IMG/VR virus record: IMGVR_UViG_3300046729_000010
Location: 1-55,527 of that record
Source of the DNA: a virus
Lineage: Duplodnaviria > Caudoviricetes
DNA length: 55,527 bases
Strand: one strand, 5' to 3'
Program-made: the position numbers and the translations under genes
The notes under the pieces: model-generated
What the model was told of the DNA's origin: nothing
What the model saw: only the letters and a program-made list of their open reading frames with translations
Databases searched by the model: none
Shown here: piece by piece, positions 8,321-17,630 of the stretch
How positions within the stretch are numbered: the first letter of the stretch is position 1
How the letters are laid out: each line of letters starts with the position of its first letter

Positions 8321-9106
8321 ATGGACTACGCAGCCAAGATCGCTGCCCTGCTCAAGAAGGCTGAGTCGACGACGCCCGAAGAGGCCGAGCTGCTCATCGC
8401 TAAGGCGCAGGAGCTCATGTCGACGTACGCGATCGACGAGGCGATGCTCGCTCACGCTCGTGGACAGAAGACGGAGCGGATCGTCGAGGAGAAGATCGAG
8501 TACCATTCGACGTACTCTCGAGCTCAGTTCCACATCGGCGCCGCCATCGCGCGCAACAACGGCTGCAACGTGATGGTGTCCAAAGGCAAGGACCTGATGC
8601 GGACAACCCTCTGGGTCATCGGGTTCGAGCGCGACGTCGAACGGGTCCGCCTGCTCAACTCGAGCCTGCTGATCCAGTCCACAGCGGCGATGAACGAGTG
8701 GTGGATGAGGCGTGAGGACGTTCCGTCCAACCAGCGTGAGCGCTTCAAGCTTCGCCGTGAGTTCCTGTTCTCGTTCGCGGACGGCCTCAGCCGGAAGCTC
8801 AGGCTCGCGCGAGAGCACGGACGAACCGTGGCCACCAAGATGGAGGCCAACCGCAGCAACGTGGAGTACGCCAGCGCGGCTGACTCGGTCGAGCTCGTCC
8901 TCGCGGACAAGCGAACCCGTCTCAAGCACTGGATGAACGAGCAGTACGGCGAAGGCGCCATCAAGATGGCCCGCGCGGCTCGCTTCGCGCGCGGCGACTT
9001 CGACGCCTCGATCAACGGACGCGTGGCTGGCGAGCACGCGGACACGACCACACCCAAGCCGCGGACCCAGGTGGGTCGCGGAGCACCGAAGAGGCTGAGC
9101 GCATGA
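8321..9106 (+). CDS. DUF2786-domain protein
   Basis: KIAALLKKAEST-TPEEAELLIAKAQELMSTYAID is typical of DUF2786; AAGGAG RBS. Confidence 0.8.
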   Translation: MDYAAKIAALLKKAESTTPEEAELLIAKAQELMSTYAIDEAMLAHARGQKTERIVEEKIEYHSTYSRAQFHIGAAIARNNGCNVMVSKGKDLMRTTLWVIGFERDVERVRLLNSSLLIQSTAAMNEWWMRREDVPSNQRERFKLRREFLFSFADGLSRKLRLAREHGRTVATKMEANRSNVEYASAADSVELVLADKRTRLKHWMNEQYGEGAIKMARAARFARGDFDASINGRVAGEHADTTTPKPRTQVGRGAPKRLSA

Positions 9107-9486
9107 GCCTGATCAACGACGATAACACGATGTCCGCTGTGGCGGAGGATACGCGTGAGATGGTTCTCGCCAAGACGCTGTGGCTGGCCAAGCGCCTCGT
9201 GGACCACGTGGACGAGCACCGTCTCGGCTTCGGATGCATGACCGAGGAGCTCGAGACAGGCGACTACCTGTGGACGATCATCGTCAGCTACGGGTTCGAG
9301 CACACGTTCGTTCGTGCGCAGGCCGAGATGACGGCAGTACGAGCGGACTCTGACTTCGATGGCCTGCCCCGCGGTCTGCTGGCGCAGATGCTGATGAGCC
9401 CGTCACCCACGAGCGCCTCGTTCGACTCCAACCTGCCACGCACCTGGCTCGAGCTCGCCTACGCGGCGTCGGAGAAGATCCGATGA
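9103..9486 (+). CDS. hypothetical protein
   Basis: ATGA overlap. Confidence 0.6.
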   Translation: MSLINDDNTMSAVAEDTREMVLAKTLWLAKRLVDHVDEHRLGFGCMTEELETGDYLWTIIVSYGFEHTFVRAQAEMTAVRADSDFDGLPRGLLAQMLMSPSPTSASFDSNLPRTWLELAYAASEKIR

Positions 9487-9668
9487 TCTTCCGCTTCAAC
9501 GTGAGCGTCGAGGTCGAGCGGTCGCAGGGCAAGTTCGCGAGCCGTGACGAGATAGGGGAGTTGGTGCTGGAGGCTCTCGAGCAGGCCAACCCCGAGCAGA
9601 TCGAGGGGGAGAATGGCGGCCAGTTCGATATCACGATGTGGGACATCACCATCGAGGAACCGAAATGA
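9483..9668 (+). CDS. hypothetical protein
   Basis: ATGA overlap. Confidence 0.6.
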   Translation: MIFRFNVSVEVERSQGKFASRDEIGELVLEALEQANPEQIEGENGGQFDITMWDITIEEPK

Positions 9669-9847
9669 ACGACCGCGACCCCGATCGCATCATCTACTGG
9701 GCAGAGAACCTGCTCGATGGACGAGGCCAGCTACATCGTGACGTTGTAATTGACGACGAGGTAGACTCGAGTCTGAGCGGTCCCGTTGGCAGTCCTGCTC
9801 CGATAGCGTTTGTGAAGGCAGCCGAGTACACCTTAGTGCTGCGATGA
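9665..9847 (+). CDS. hypothetical protein
   Basis: ATGA overlap. Confidence 0.5.
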   Translation: MNDRDPDRIIYWAENLLDGRGQLHRDVVIDDEVDSSLSGPVGSPAPIAFVKAAEYTLVLR

Positions 9848-10044
9848 ACGACCGTGACCTCGAGTACATCTGGAATCGTCTCAGCGTCCCCGATATCGGG
9901 GCGCTCGAGGCGCACGAACGACTCAAGAAGTGCGGCTACGGCCAGGAGGCGGGCGAGCTCATGGCCCTGATGCAGAACTTCCAGGACGAGTGCCGCAAGA
10001 TCCGAGTCCGGGTCAGCGAACGCCGAGCGGGGGTGATCACATGA
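9844..10044 (+). CDS. hypothetical protein
   Basis: ATGA overlap. Confidence 0.6.
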   Translation: MNDRDLEYIWNRLSVPDIGALEAHERLKKCGYGQEAGELMALMQNFQDECRKIRVRVSERRAGVIT

Positions 10045-10232
10045 GCCTACTCAAAGCCATCGGACTGCGTGGCGTCTGGATCCCACGAGCCGAACTCCTG
10101 ATGATCCACTCGATCATCTACAGGCATCCACCGGCCAGTCCGGTGGAGGCGGACCTGTACAAGCGACTCTCGAAGCGCTGCCGCGAAGTGACCGGGGACG
10201 AACGATTCGGGAAAGTCGGTGGAATCACATGA
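10041..10232 (+). CDS. hypothetical protein
   Basis: ATGA overlap. Confidence 0.55.
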   Translation: MSLLKAIGLRGVWIPRAELLMIHSIIYRHPPASPVEADLYKRLSKRCREVTGDERFGKVGGIT

Positions 10233-10498
10233 CCGTCGAGGAGCTCGTCGACACGTTGGGCCTGAGCGGCATGGAGCCAGTCGTTACCGCACTCGAGCCG
10301 GCCGACGGTTCACGCCACGAGCTCGGTGATCTTCCTGCCCACGTCGTCCAGTACTACAACAAGATCGGCAACGACACCATCGTCGTCGTGATCGGCAACG
10401 AGCATCTCATCGTGGCCGTGGACGGCAAGTTCGATCTCGCAGGACCGCAGATGCGCCGGCCCAAGGAACGGGTGGCCGAGGGTGACGCAAAGTGGTGA
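10229..10498 (+). CDS. hypothetical protein, paralog of 11200..11442
   Basis: VVTALEPADGS..LPAHVVQYYNKIGND. Confidence 0.65.
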   Translation: MTVEELVDTLGLSGMEPVVTALEPADGSRHELGDLPAHVVQYYNKIGNDTIVVVIGNEHLIVAVDGKFDLAGPQMRRPKERVAEGDAKW

Positions 10499-10686
10499 GC
10501 TTCGCGTCCAGGACCCAGCGCAAGAGAGTCGTGTTCCACGTCATGTATGGACACCCCACCGAGCTGACAGACGACGTTGAGCTCACGGAGTGGCGCACGC
10601 TGTGCGCGACCTACATCTACGAGGGCGGCCCGATTCCGCCCCTGACACTCAAGCAGTTCAGGCAGTGGAAGGAGGCTCAAGCATGA
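10492..10686 (+). CDS. hypothetical protein
   Basis: Overlaps both neighbours in operon fashion. Confidence 0.5.
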   Translation: MVSFASRTQRKRVVFHVMYGHPTELTDDVELTEWRTLCATYIYEGGPIPPLTLKQFRQWKEAQA

Positions 10687-10931
10687 GCCGAGACGATCTC
10701 ACTCCGATGGAGAAGCTGCTGTACGACGACTCCTACGAGTCCAAGAAGAAGGTGCACCGCAAAGGCTGCTACATCTGCGAGGACCCGGACTTCCAGAAGA
10801 TGGGTCTGCCGCTCTGCAACCCTTGTCCGGAGTGTCAGAAGGCTGGCCGGGGCGACGGACACATCGCGGCCGATGACACCGTCTGTGACGAGTGCGGCTA
10901 CGACTGGGCCGACCCGGAGAACCGCGCATGA
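10683..10931 (+). CDS. Cys-rich Zn-binding protein
   Basis: CYIC, CNPCPEC, CDEC; GGAGG RBS. Confidence 0.65.
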   Translation: MSRDDLTPMEKLLYDDSYESKKKVHRKGCYICEDPDFQKMGLPLCNPCPECQKAGRGDGHIAADDTVCDECGYDWADPENRA

Positions 10932-11203
10932 TCTTCCGAGACGAGGGTAAGCGCACCGATACCAAGAGCGACTATCAGCGTTCACTGGACAGACACGCTC
11001 CGTGGCTCCCCGAGTTTCACGTCTGGCAGCAGCCATACAGGAGCTTCGGAATCTGGCGGCTGTGGATCTGCCGTTGGGACGGACCGTACGGTGGTCGCTA
11101 CAGGCACATTCGACTGACTGAGAGGGGTGTGCGAAAAGCGGCCGTCGAAGAGATCGCAAGCTGGACACACGAGCTCGATCGAAAGATGCGGTACAAGCGA
11201 TGA
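10928..11203 (+). CDS. hypothetical protein
   Basis: ATGA overlap. Confidence 0.5.
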   Translation: MIFRDEGKRTDTKSDYQRSLDRHAPWLPEFHVWQQPYRSFGIWRLWICRWDGPYGGRYRHIRLTERGVRKAAVEEIASWTHELDRKMRYKR

Positions 11204-11442
11204 GCCTCCAGGAGACCGTAGATCGTCTCGAGCGAGAGCACATCGAGTACGTCGTCACCGAGCTCGAGCCCGTGGATGGCTCCAAGAACGAGGGCCTGAG
11301 CCACGAGCTCCCGACACACGTGGTCCAGTACTTCAACAAGACAGGTGACGACATCGTCGTTCTCTGTTGCGGCAACCAGAGCAAGGTGGTCTGCCTCAGC
11401 GGCTACTTCACGACTCCGATCCGTATGAGGGACGCGTTCTAA
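11200..11442 (+). CDS. hypothetical protein, paralog of 10229..10498
   Basis: VVTELEPVDGS..LPTHVVQYFNKTGDD. Confidence 0.65.
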   Translation: MSLQETVDRLEREHIEYVVTELEPVDGSKNEGLSHELPTHVVQYFNKTGDDIVVLCCGNQSKVVCLSGYFTTPIRMRDAF

Positions 11443-11633
11443 TGCGCCAAGGCGAAGAAGACTACACCGAAGGAGAGTCCTGGATCTGGAATCGTGGCGA
11501 CACCATCTGGCTGTTCGAGCCGGTAGGACGCCGACCCGTCGAAAAAGGCATCATCGTCTACCGGCCGCCCGAGAACCCAGGCTGCAGCGGAATCTTTGAT
11601 CGAGTCTGTCGAGAGAGTGGTCGATCAGTGTGA
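11442..11633 (+). CDS. hypothetical protein
   Basis: TAATG overlap. Confidence 0.5.
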   Translation: MRQGEEDYTEGESWIWNRGDTIWLFEPVGRRPVEKGIIVYRPPENPGCSGIFDRVCRESGRSV

Positions 11634-11857
11634 GCACGTGGATGACCGAAGACGAGGAGCACCACGAGTACGTTGGACCAACAATGGTCCGGAATCCCAG
11701 CGCAAAGAAGCACGCACCGCAGTGGGTCACTACGGCCGGACCGTGGGAACTCAGAGTCGTCGTTCGGTGTGAGCACTGTAAGGGTCGCGGTCCCGAGGAC
11801 AGCTGCTACTTCTGCGGCAATACCGGGACCATCGAGGTCAGAAGAAACAAGCCATGA
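11630..11857 (+). CDS. small Zn-finger protein (CxxCxGxG-type)
   Basis: CEHCKGRG...CYFCGNTG. Confidence 0.6.
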   Translation: MSTWMTEDEEHHEYVGPTMVRNPSAKKHAPQWVTTAGPWELRVVVRCEHCKGRGPEDSCYFCGNTGTIEVRRNKP

Positions 11858-12204
11858 GCAACGAGGGCAAGCCCGACCCGGACTACGCAGGCTACATCCA
11901 AATCGGCCAGGTACTAGTCGCTAAGGAAGTACTACGCTGCGAGCCGGTCGAGGTGATCGCCGGCTTGACCAACACCTCAGTCGACTATCTCTTGGAGCTC
12001 GCAGCCGAAGAGTTGGCTCCGCTTGGCTTGACGTGGGCACCGAAGGACACGCACTCGTGCGAGAAGGAGCTTCGAGCTCGACCCGACTGGGACGTGTTCC
12101 TAGGCACGCCAGACGTATTTCACTGCAGCTGCGGTGAGACCTGGGCCTACGTCCACAGCGAGGCAGAGGGCGCTTGGTGGGAGAGAACTGGGTCGGATCC
12201 TTGA
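11854..12204 (+). CDS. hypothetical protein
   Basis: ATGA overlap; HSC...CSC. Confidence 0.55.
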   Translation: MSNEGKPDPDYAGYIQIGQVLVAKEVLRCEPVEVIAGLTNTSVDYLLELAAEELAPLGLTWAPKDTHSCEKELRARPDWDVFLGTPDVFHCSCGETWAYVHSEAEGAWWERTGSDP

Positions 12205-12275
12205 GTATCAAGTCCATCAGGGCCCGCGCAGGGCTCCGTAGACAAGCCAGGGCTGAGGAATCCATCAGGCTCCCG

Positions 12276-12341
12276 TTGACTTCTGAGCCGGAAACGGTGA
12301 GGATGCGTTGCATGAGGTCAATCAACCCCCAGGAGACCAAC
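12276..12341 (+). promoter_or_regulatory. dual-start promoter/leader cassette, copy 1
   Basis: TTGACT-17-GAGGAT-7 nt-ATGAGGTCAA(12312)...CCCCAGGAGACCAAC-ATG(12342). Confidence 0.7.
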
Positions 12342-12512
12342 ATGGCGATCATCGAGCACTTCAACGAGCGCGGTACCTTCACCGGCTGCAGCCTGCAGGA
12401 CGCGGAGTTCAACATCGTCGGCTTCTTCGACACCGTCGGTCAGGCCCTGAGCCACGCCGAGTCCCTCGGCCACAACCAGGACGACATCGCTATCCTCGAG
12501 GATGAGGTCTGA
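12342..12512 (+). CDS. small acidic hypothetical protein (alternative in-frame start 12312)
   Basis: AGGAG RBS; high GC3. Confidence 0.7.
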   Translation: MAIIEHFNERGTFTGCSLQDAEFNIVGFFDTVGQALSHAESLGHNQDDIAILEDEV

Positions 12513-12784
12513 TGACCGAGATCACCTTCGTCGAGGCGACCGAGCCTCTCAAGGGCAAGCGTGCCGCTGTGGTGGCCAGGATGATCGAGCAGATCGTCCA
12601 GGCTGACGGCGAGTGCGTGACGTGGGACGAGCTTATCAACGGTGTCGAACATCCCCACCAGTACACACCCGCGCTGCACGCACTCGAACTCGTGGGCGCC
12701 ATCGAGCGCTGGGAGTTCAGTGAGCCTGGCCATCGGAAGAAGCAGGTTGCGTACTCTCTCCACGCCAACGTGACCGTGGCGTGA
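12512..12784 (+). CDS. winged-HTH-like protein, paralog of the C-terminal domain of 3603..4181
   Basis: TFV..EP.K...IE..ADG..V...EL...L..G alignment by eye; TGATG overlap. Confidence 0.65.
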   Translation: MTEITFVEATEPLKGKRAAVVARMIEQIVQADGECVTWDELINGVEHPHQYTPALHALELVGAIERWEFSEPGHRKKQVAYSLHANVTVA

Positions 12785-13059
12785 TGCTACTCCTCGGCCT
12801 ACAGGTGAAGCAAGAGCTCATCGACCTTGCCGTGGAGCGCGAGTCGGCCGGCCGTCAGGCCAAGGGCGCTGGACCACGACTGCGAGTCGTGTCCGACTAC
12901 GTGGTCCAGATCACCAGGACACGCTATCCGAGCTGCAAGTGCGAAGATCACGGTCTGTTCGCGGGCATGACTTTCGACTCAATGATGCGCCTGACTGGCT
13001 GTCGCGATGGCTGGGTGTGTCCGCGCCTGGACTCCCTCCGACGTGAGATGGGACACTGA
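12781..13059 (+). CDS. hypothetical protein
   Basis: GTGA overlap; CKC..H, C..WVC. Confidence 0.55.
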   Translation: MMLLLGLQVKQELIDLAVERESAGRQAKGAGPRLRVVSDYVVQITRTRYPSCKCEDHGLFAGMTFDSMMRLTGCRDGWVCPRLDSLRREMGH

Positions 13060-13065
13060 GTTTCG

Positions 13066-13320
13066 ATGCCCTGGAGGACGATTGCAGAGGACGCTGTGGA
13101 CAGCGCTGGGAAGCATTGCAGCGTCTGCGGAGAGACGTTGCCACACGTTTGCTCACCTATGCCCATCTACGTCTGCTGTCAGTGCGGCTCTGGAGCAATC
13201 CTAGTTCGGCTCAAGAGCCCGGACGACTCAATGGACCCCAGCGGCAATGACGTGTACTTCTCGTGCGCAGAACACCATGCAGGGACAATCGTGACACCAC
13301 GAGTCTGGCGGTCAGAATGA
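13066..13320 (+). CDS. hypothetical Cys-rich protein
   Basis: CSVC, CCQC, CAEH. Confidence 0.5.
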   Translation: MPWRTIAEDAVDSAGKHCSVCGETLPHVCSPMPIYVCCQCGSGAILVRLKSPDDSMDPSGNDVYFSCAEHHAGTIVTPRVWRSE

Positions 13321-13400
13321 AACAAGTAGCATTCGTATCCGCGCTGGGTGTCCTGGCCTACGGTTCGTTCATGTTCGGGCTCCTCGTCGGGGCCGGGTGA
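13317..13400 (+). CDS. 27-aa membrane peptide
   Basis: MKQVAFVSALGVLAYGSFMFGLLVGAG; ATGA overlap; below the ORF-track cutoff. Confidence 0.4.
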   Translation: MKQVAFVSALGVLAYGSFMFGLLVGAG

Positions 13401-13409
13401 CGATGACAC

Positions 13410-13439
13410 TTGACCCCGACCTCGAGGTGGGTATAGGGT
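13410..13439 (+). promoter_or_regulatory. putative promoter of the recombination/replication operon
   Basis: TTGACC-18-TAGGGT. Confidence 0.5.
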
Positions 13440-13440
13440 G

Positions 13441-13869
13441 ATGGCCTTCCCCGTGCCCTCCTCGAGCAGCCATCCGCACCGCCTTGTTTCCATCGACCCT
13501 GGTCTCTCGACTGGGGTCGCTGTGTTCCTGGACTTGCGGCTGGAGCGATCAATGACCACAGAGGCGCCTCATATCGCGTTGGAGCACCTCTTGATCGAGC
13601 TCGATGGGGGCGCGGTGATCGTTGCAGAGAAGGGTCCCACCAATCACCGTCGCCAAGCCGACGCGTGCGCCCCAGTAGAGGCGCTCATCACACGGCTGGC
13701 GAACCATGTCCACTGGGTAAGGCCTACCGACTGGAAGCTGCATCCGTCCGCCAACCTCGTACTCGGCGATGCGCCGGCCACGAGACACGAGCGTGACGCG
13801 ATTCAGATGGGTCGATGGTTCCTCGCCCGCAGGGGTACACCCGATGGCACCCAAGCCCGAGCTTCCTGA
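13441..13869 (+). CDS. RuvC-like Holliday junction resolvase
   Basis: LVSIDPGLSTGVA...IVAE...PTDWK...HERDA RNase H-fold motifs; start uncertain. Confidence 0.7.
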   Translation: MAFPVPSSSSHPHRLVSIDPGLSTGVAVFLDLRLERSMTTEAPHIALEHLLIELDGGAVIVAEKGPTNHRRQADACAPVEALITRLANHVHWVRPTDWKLHPSANLVLGDAPATRHERDAIQMGRWFLARRGTPDGTQARAS

Positions 13870-15103
13870 CGCACGTCCAGTGATGCATATGTCGCCCCTC
13901 GAGGCGACGAGTCGTCTGTTGGACATCTCGGTCACGGAGCGTGGTGAGTTCCGCACGTGCCGACGCAGGTGGTATCTGAGCACGATCCTGAACCTCCAGT
14001 CCAAGGGCCAAGGAGAGATCGCGCTCTCGTTCGGCACGGCCATCCACTCCGCGCTCGAGATCATCTATCGAGCCGATTTGAGCGATCCTGAGCAGCTCAG
14101 GGCCACGGTCCTGCTCGAGATGCAGGCTTGGAAGGACGTCCAGGCAGGGCTCGATCTAACGCAGTCAGAATGGGAGGAAGTACTCGACCTCGTCGAGCTG
14201 GGCGAGATCATGCTCCACAACTACTTCGCCTACGAGAATAGAGCTCCCGTCAAGCTCGGACGACCCGTTGCGGTGGAGGGCCTGATCCTGGACGAGGATC
14301 GACTCAAGCCCAGCAGACCAGACGGTTACGGACCCTACGCTGAGGTGGTCCGTCACGAGTCCGGCCGGCTCATGGTGCCCATCGTCGATCCCTACACCAA
14401 AGTTCCGATCACGAGTCTGGACGGCATTGCGTACCTGACGGGACGTATTGACGTCCTCACGGAGCGTCTGACACCCAAGCTAGGCCTGTGGGTCGTCGAT
14501 CACAAGTCGGCCGCTACCGCGCCCTCGGACAAGGGTCTGGACTGGGACGATCAAGTGACCGGCTACTGCTACATCGTGTGGCGCTGGTTGGGCATCGTCC
14601 CTCGAGGCGTCATCTTCAACTACCTGATCAAGAACGCGCCGTCAGAGCCGCGGCTGGTCAAGGGCAAGAAGAAGGGCGAAGGTCTCGTCCTCTCCACCGC
14701 GAAGGACCAACAGACCACTCCTGATCTCTACCGTGAAGCTCTCAAGGAGCACGGTCTCATGTCGGGTGGACGAATCACCTCAGAGAAGCATGCGGACTGT
14801 CTCGCAGCCCTCCTGGCCCGAGGCGACGAGCCGTTCTACCGCAGATACGAGGTCACTCGGAACATGGAGCAGCTGCTCTCGTTTGAGCGCCGACTGGTCG
14901 CGGAGCATCGTGACATGACCTTAGCTCGATTCGGACGAGAAGAAGACGAGCTTCTCTATCCCAACCCGCATCGAATGCTCTGCCCGCGCTGCTCGGTGAG
15001 CTCGATCTGCCTCGCGCTGGAAGACGGCAGCGACGTCGAAGACATCATCGACTCTCAGTACGTGACTGGACCTGACCGTAAGGCCATGAAGCTCGAACAA
15101 TAG
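13844..15103 (+). CDS. PD-(D/E)XK (RecB/Cas4-like) exonuclease
   Basis: ISVTE..FRTCRRRW..FGTAIHSALE..GRIDVL..VVDHKSA..Q..GY..CPRCSVSSIC. Confidence 0.85.
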   Translation: MAPKPELPDARPVMHMSPLEATSRLLDISVTERGEFRTCRRRWYLSTILNLQSKGQGEIALSFGTAIHSALEIIYRADLSDPEQLRATVLLEMQAWKDVQAGLDLTQSEWEEVLDLVELGEIMLHNYFAYENRAPVKLGRPVAVEGLILDEDRLKPSRPDGYGPYAEVVRHESGRLMVPIVDPYTKVPITSLDGIAYLTGRIDVLTERLTPKLGLWVVDHKSAATAPSDKGLDWDDQVTGYCYIVWRWLGIVPRGVIFNYLIKNAPSEPRLVKGKKKGEGLVLSTAKDQQTTPDLYREALKEHGLMSGGRITSEKHADCLAALLARGDEPFYRRYEVTRNMEQLLSFERRLVAEHRDMTLARFGREEDELLYPNPHRMLCPRCSVSSICLALEDGSDVEDIIDSQYVTGPDRKAMKLEQ

Positions 15104-15114
15104 GAGGCTGGGGA

Positions 15115-15426
15115 ATGAACGCGACAGAGCTTAGTGAGTGGAGCTCTCAGACGGGAGCAAACGTCACATGGGCGTCCATCGAGGGCGACCGTGTCCAAGT
15201 AACGGTGCGTAAGGGGGACATCACGGCCACGGCAGAGGGCTCGGACGCTCACGACGCAGCAGACAAGGTCATGCCGATCGTGCGCCAACTGATCCCCACA
15301 GCGCCCAGCGGTGAGGCCCAGAGCGGGGTCGAGGGCAGCGTCGTCGACGAGTCGACTCCGGAGCCACTCGATCCGCCACTCGATCCCGAGACGGATCTAC
15401 CAACAGAAGGAACCGAGTCGGCGTGA
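15115..15426 (+). CDS. hypothetical protein
   Basis: GGAGG RBS. Confidence 0.6.
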   Translation: MNATELSEWSSQTGANVTWASIEGDRVQVTVRKGDITATAEGSDAHDAADKVMPIVRQLIPTAPSGEAQSGVEGSVVDESTPEPLDPPLDPETDLPTEGTESA

Positions 15427-15614
15427 CCCCTGAGACGTTCTGGGAGAGGATCGCCGAGGCGACCGAACTTGTTGCACACAAGGGTGCGAAGCGAGTGGAC
15501 GGCCACGGGTTCAAGGTGTACACGATCCCTTCAGGCGTCACGCGTATCGACATCGAGCCAGGTCAAGCCCCAAAGGAGGCAGTTGCAAATGGCCACACAG
15601 ATGTCCGCGGTTGA
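15423..15614 (+). CDS. hypothetical protein
   Basis: GTGA overlap. Confidence 0.55.
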   Translation: MTPETFWERIAEATELVAHKGAKRVDGHGFKVYTIPSGVTRIDIEPGQAPKEAVANGHTDVRG

Positions 15615-15765
15615 GCTCACGCTCAGCCACGACACAAACAAGGAGCTCAAAGCGGGTAAACGCCGCTACTCCGACGGGGAAGGCCACACGGTCTACCTCA
15701 GTGGTCCCGAGGTCGAGCAGCTCGGCAGCGTGGACAAGATCAAGCTGACGATGGAGCCGGCGTGA
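15589..15765 (+). CDS. hypothetical protein
   Basis: AAGGAGG RBS. Confidence 0.6.
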   Translation: MATQMSAVELTLSHDTNKELKAGKRRYSDGEGHTVYLSGPEVEQLGSVDKIKLTMEPA

Positions 15766-16034
15766 TCACGCTTGGCGACAGGTGTCGCGACACGATCACT
15801 GGATTCGAGGGCACTGCCACTGCGCGTTACGAGTTCATCAACGGATGTATCCGGTACAACCTCGAGACAAGTTCGCCCAAGGAGGGCGTGCTCGAGCTCG
15901 TGTTCGACGAGCAGCGCCTCGAGGTGGTCCAGGATGCCACCGAGGAGCCAGTGGTCAAGCGTACGGGTGGGGCCAGGGATCAGCCTGCGGGGGCCAGCTC
16001 CCGAGACGCACCACCCAGGACGGGAGTGCGCTGA
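15762..16034 (+). CDS. phage hypothetical protein (SH3-like)
   Basis: ITLGDRCRDTITGFEGTATAR.EFINGC...FDEQRL, a pattern I recognise from small phage proteins. Confidence 0.7.
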   Translation: MITLGDRCRDTITGFEGTATARYEFINGCIRYNLETSSPKEGVLELVFDEQRLEVVQDATEEPVVKRTGGARDQPAGASSRDAPPRTGVR

Positions 16035-16216
16035 TGGCGGACGACGACAAGGTCATTCTGGTGACCGTAGAGCACAAGGGGATCCTGTACGAGCTCTACG
16101 TGTCACCGGTGCACCCGGACGTGTTCCAGTCCGGCGTCTTTCAAGGGGTGGGTCAGTACACCCAGGAGGCGCACGTCCGAGCAACCAGGATCGAGCCAAA
16201 GGAGGGCTCCGACTGA
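16034..16216 (+). CDS. hypothetical protein
   Basis: TGATG overlap. Confidence 0.55.
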   Translation: MADDDKVILVTVEHKGILYELYVSPVHPDVFQSGVFQGVGQYTQEAHVRATRIEPKEGSD

Positions 16217-16401
16217 TGCCTCAGTACATCATCACGCTGCTCCAGGGAGACGGCGAGCACATCGACGCAGCGGACAACGTTCAGGGCGACAACATGGACC
16301 AAGCGCTGATGGACTCCGGTCTGCTCGAGAACCACCTCGCGAACATGACTTCGGGCGACATCATGCTCATCGTCTCGACCCGACCCGAGGGAGACCTGTA
16401 G
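16216..16401 (+). CDS. hypothetical protein
   Basis: TGATG overlap, GGAGG RBS. Confidence 0.55.
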   Translation: MPQYIITLLQGDGEHIDAADNVQGDNMDQALMDSGLLENHLANMTSGDIMLIVSTRPEGDL

Positions 16402-17208
16402 GTGTCTCTCCTGATCGGGAAGCCGGCGGACACTCGGTTCGCCAAGGTGCTCATGTTCTCACCGGCTGGCCACGGAAAGACTCACTTCCTGGGCACCGCT
16501 GAGGAGGACGAGCGCACATCACCAATGCTCCTGCTCGACTTCGAGGGCGGGGAGGAAACGCTCACGGGGCTGGACATCGACGTGGCGCGCATCAGGTCCT
16601 GGGACGACTACTCCGAGGCGTACGAGATCCTCTCAGACCCCGATACGAAGTACAAGTCGTGCGGGGTGGACTCCATCTCGGAGACTCACATCTGGGCCCT
16701 TCTGTCTCGGCTCGACGAACAGGGCGCTCGCAGAAAAGACCCCGACCTCATCGAGATCGGTGACTACGGAGTGGCCGGCACGCAGCTGCGCCGGCTCCTG
16801 CGCGAGTTCAGAGACCTTCCGATGCACGTGTTCTACACCGCTGCCTCCAAAGAGGTGGACGAGCGCGGCGTCGGTCGAGTCAAAGTGCCAGCCATGTCTG
16901 GCCAGATGGCCGAAGAGGTCGTCCACCTCATGTCGATCGTCGGCTACCTCGCGCTGGCTCCGAGCGAGGAGACGGGTGAGATGGAGCGCCTCATGCTGCT
17001 CCAGAACTATCCCGGGTTCAGGACGAAGGTCAGAGCTCCGTGGCGAGCAATCGCTCCGGACGAGATCGTCCAGCCCACGATCACGAAGCTCCTGGACGCC
17101 CTCAACTTCCAGGTGCCCAGCACCAACGGCAAGGTCGATGCCGCGCCGGCCAAGGCTGTGACCAGACGACGCACAACCACCAGCAGCGTCAAGGAGAAAA
17201 CGGAATGA
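16402..17208 (+). CDS. AAA_24/Sak4-like ATPase (recombinase)
   Basis: SPAGHGKT Walker A; LLLDFEGG; GVDSISE; lies between exonuclease and SSB. Confidence 0.85.
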   Translation: MSLLIGKPADTRFAKVLMFSPAGHGKTHFLGTAEEDERTSPMLLLDFEGGEETLTGLDIDVARIRSWDDYSEAYEILSDPDTKYKSCGVDSISETHIWALLSRLDEQGARRKDPDLIEIGDYGVAGTQLRRLLREFRDLPMHVFYTAASKEVDERGVGRVKVPAMSGQMAEEVVHLMSIVGYLALAPSEETGEMERLMLLQNYPGFRTKVRAPWRAIAPDEIVQPTITKLLDALNFQVPSTNGKVDAAPAKAVTRRRTTTSSVKEKTE

Positions 17209-17627
17209 ACAAGGCTCCAAGAAAGACCTGGAACATCCAGGTCACGGAGGACGACATCCAGTGGGCTCAGCGCAACAACTCGTCCAAGTGCGTCGTCGCA
17301 AAAGCGATCGCAAGGACGCTGCCTGAATGCTCCTACATCGGAGTGGACATCCAAACGGTCAGGTTCTCACTTGGCCTATGGCGCTACGAGTACCTGACGC
17401 CGCCCAGCATCCAGGACTACATCGTCTCGTTCGATGCTGGTGACGTGATCAAGCCGTTCAAGTTCCGGCTGCAGCGGCCCAAGATCCGCGAGCGCCAGGT
17501 GCTCAGCGATTCGATCGAGCCACCCAAGAAGAGGGACAACCGCAGGGTCAATCGAGGAGCACGACGCTCACGAGCGGGCAGGGCCTACGGACGTCGCACC
17601 CTACGTGAGAACCAAAAGGAGAGCTGA
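17205..17627 (+). CDS. hypothetical protein
   Basis: AAGGAG RBS, ATGA overlap. Confidence 0.65.
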   Translation: MNKAPRKTWNIQVTEDDIQWAQRNNSSKCVVAKAIARTLPECSYIGVDIQTVRFSLGLWRYEYLTPPSIQDYIVSFDAGDVIKPFKFRLQRPKIRERQVLSDSIEPPKKRDNRRVNRGARRSRAGRAYGRRTLRENQKES

Positions 17628-17630
17628 CAC

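Noticed and set aside
13844-15103. CRISPR-associated Cas4
   Set aside because: Its context (RuvC-like, AAA_24, DUF669 SSB) is a standard phage recombination module.
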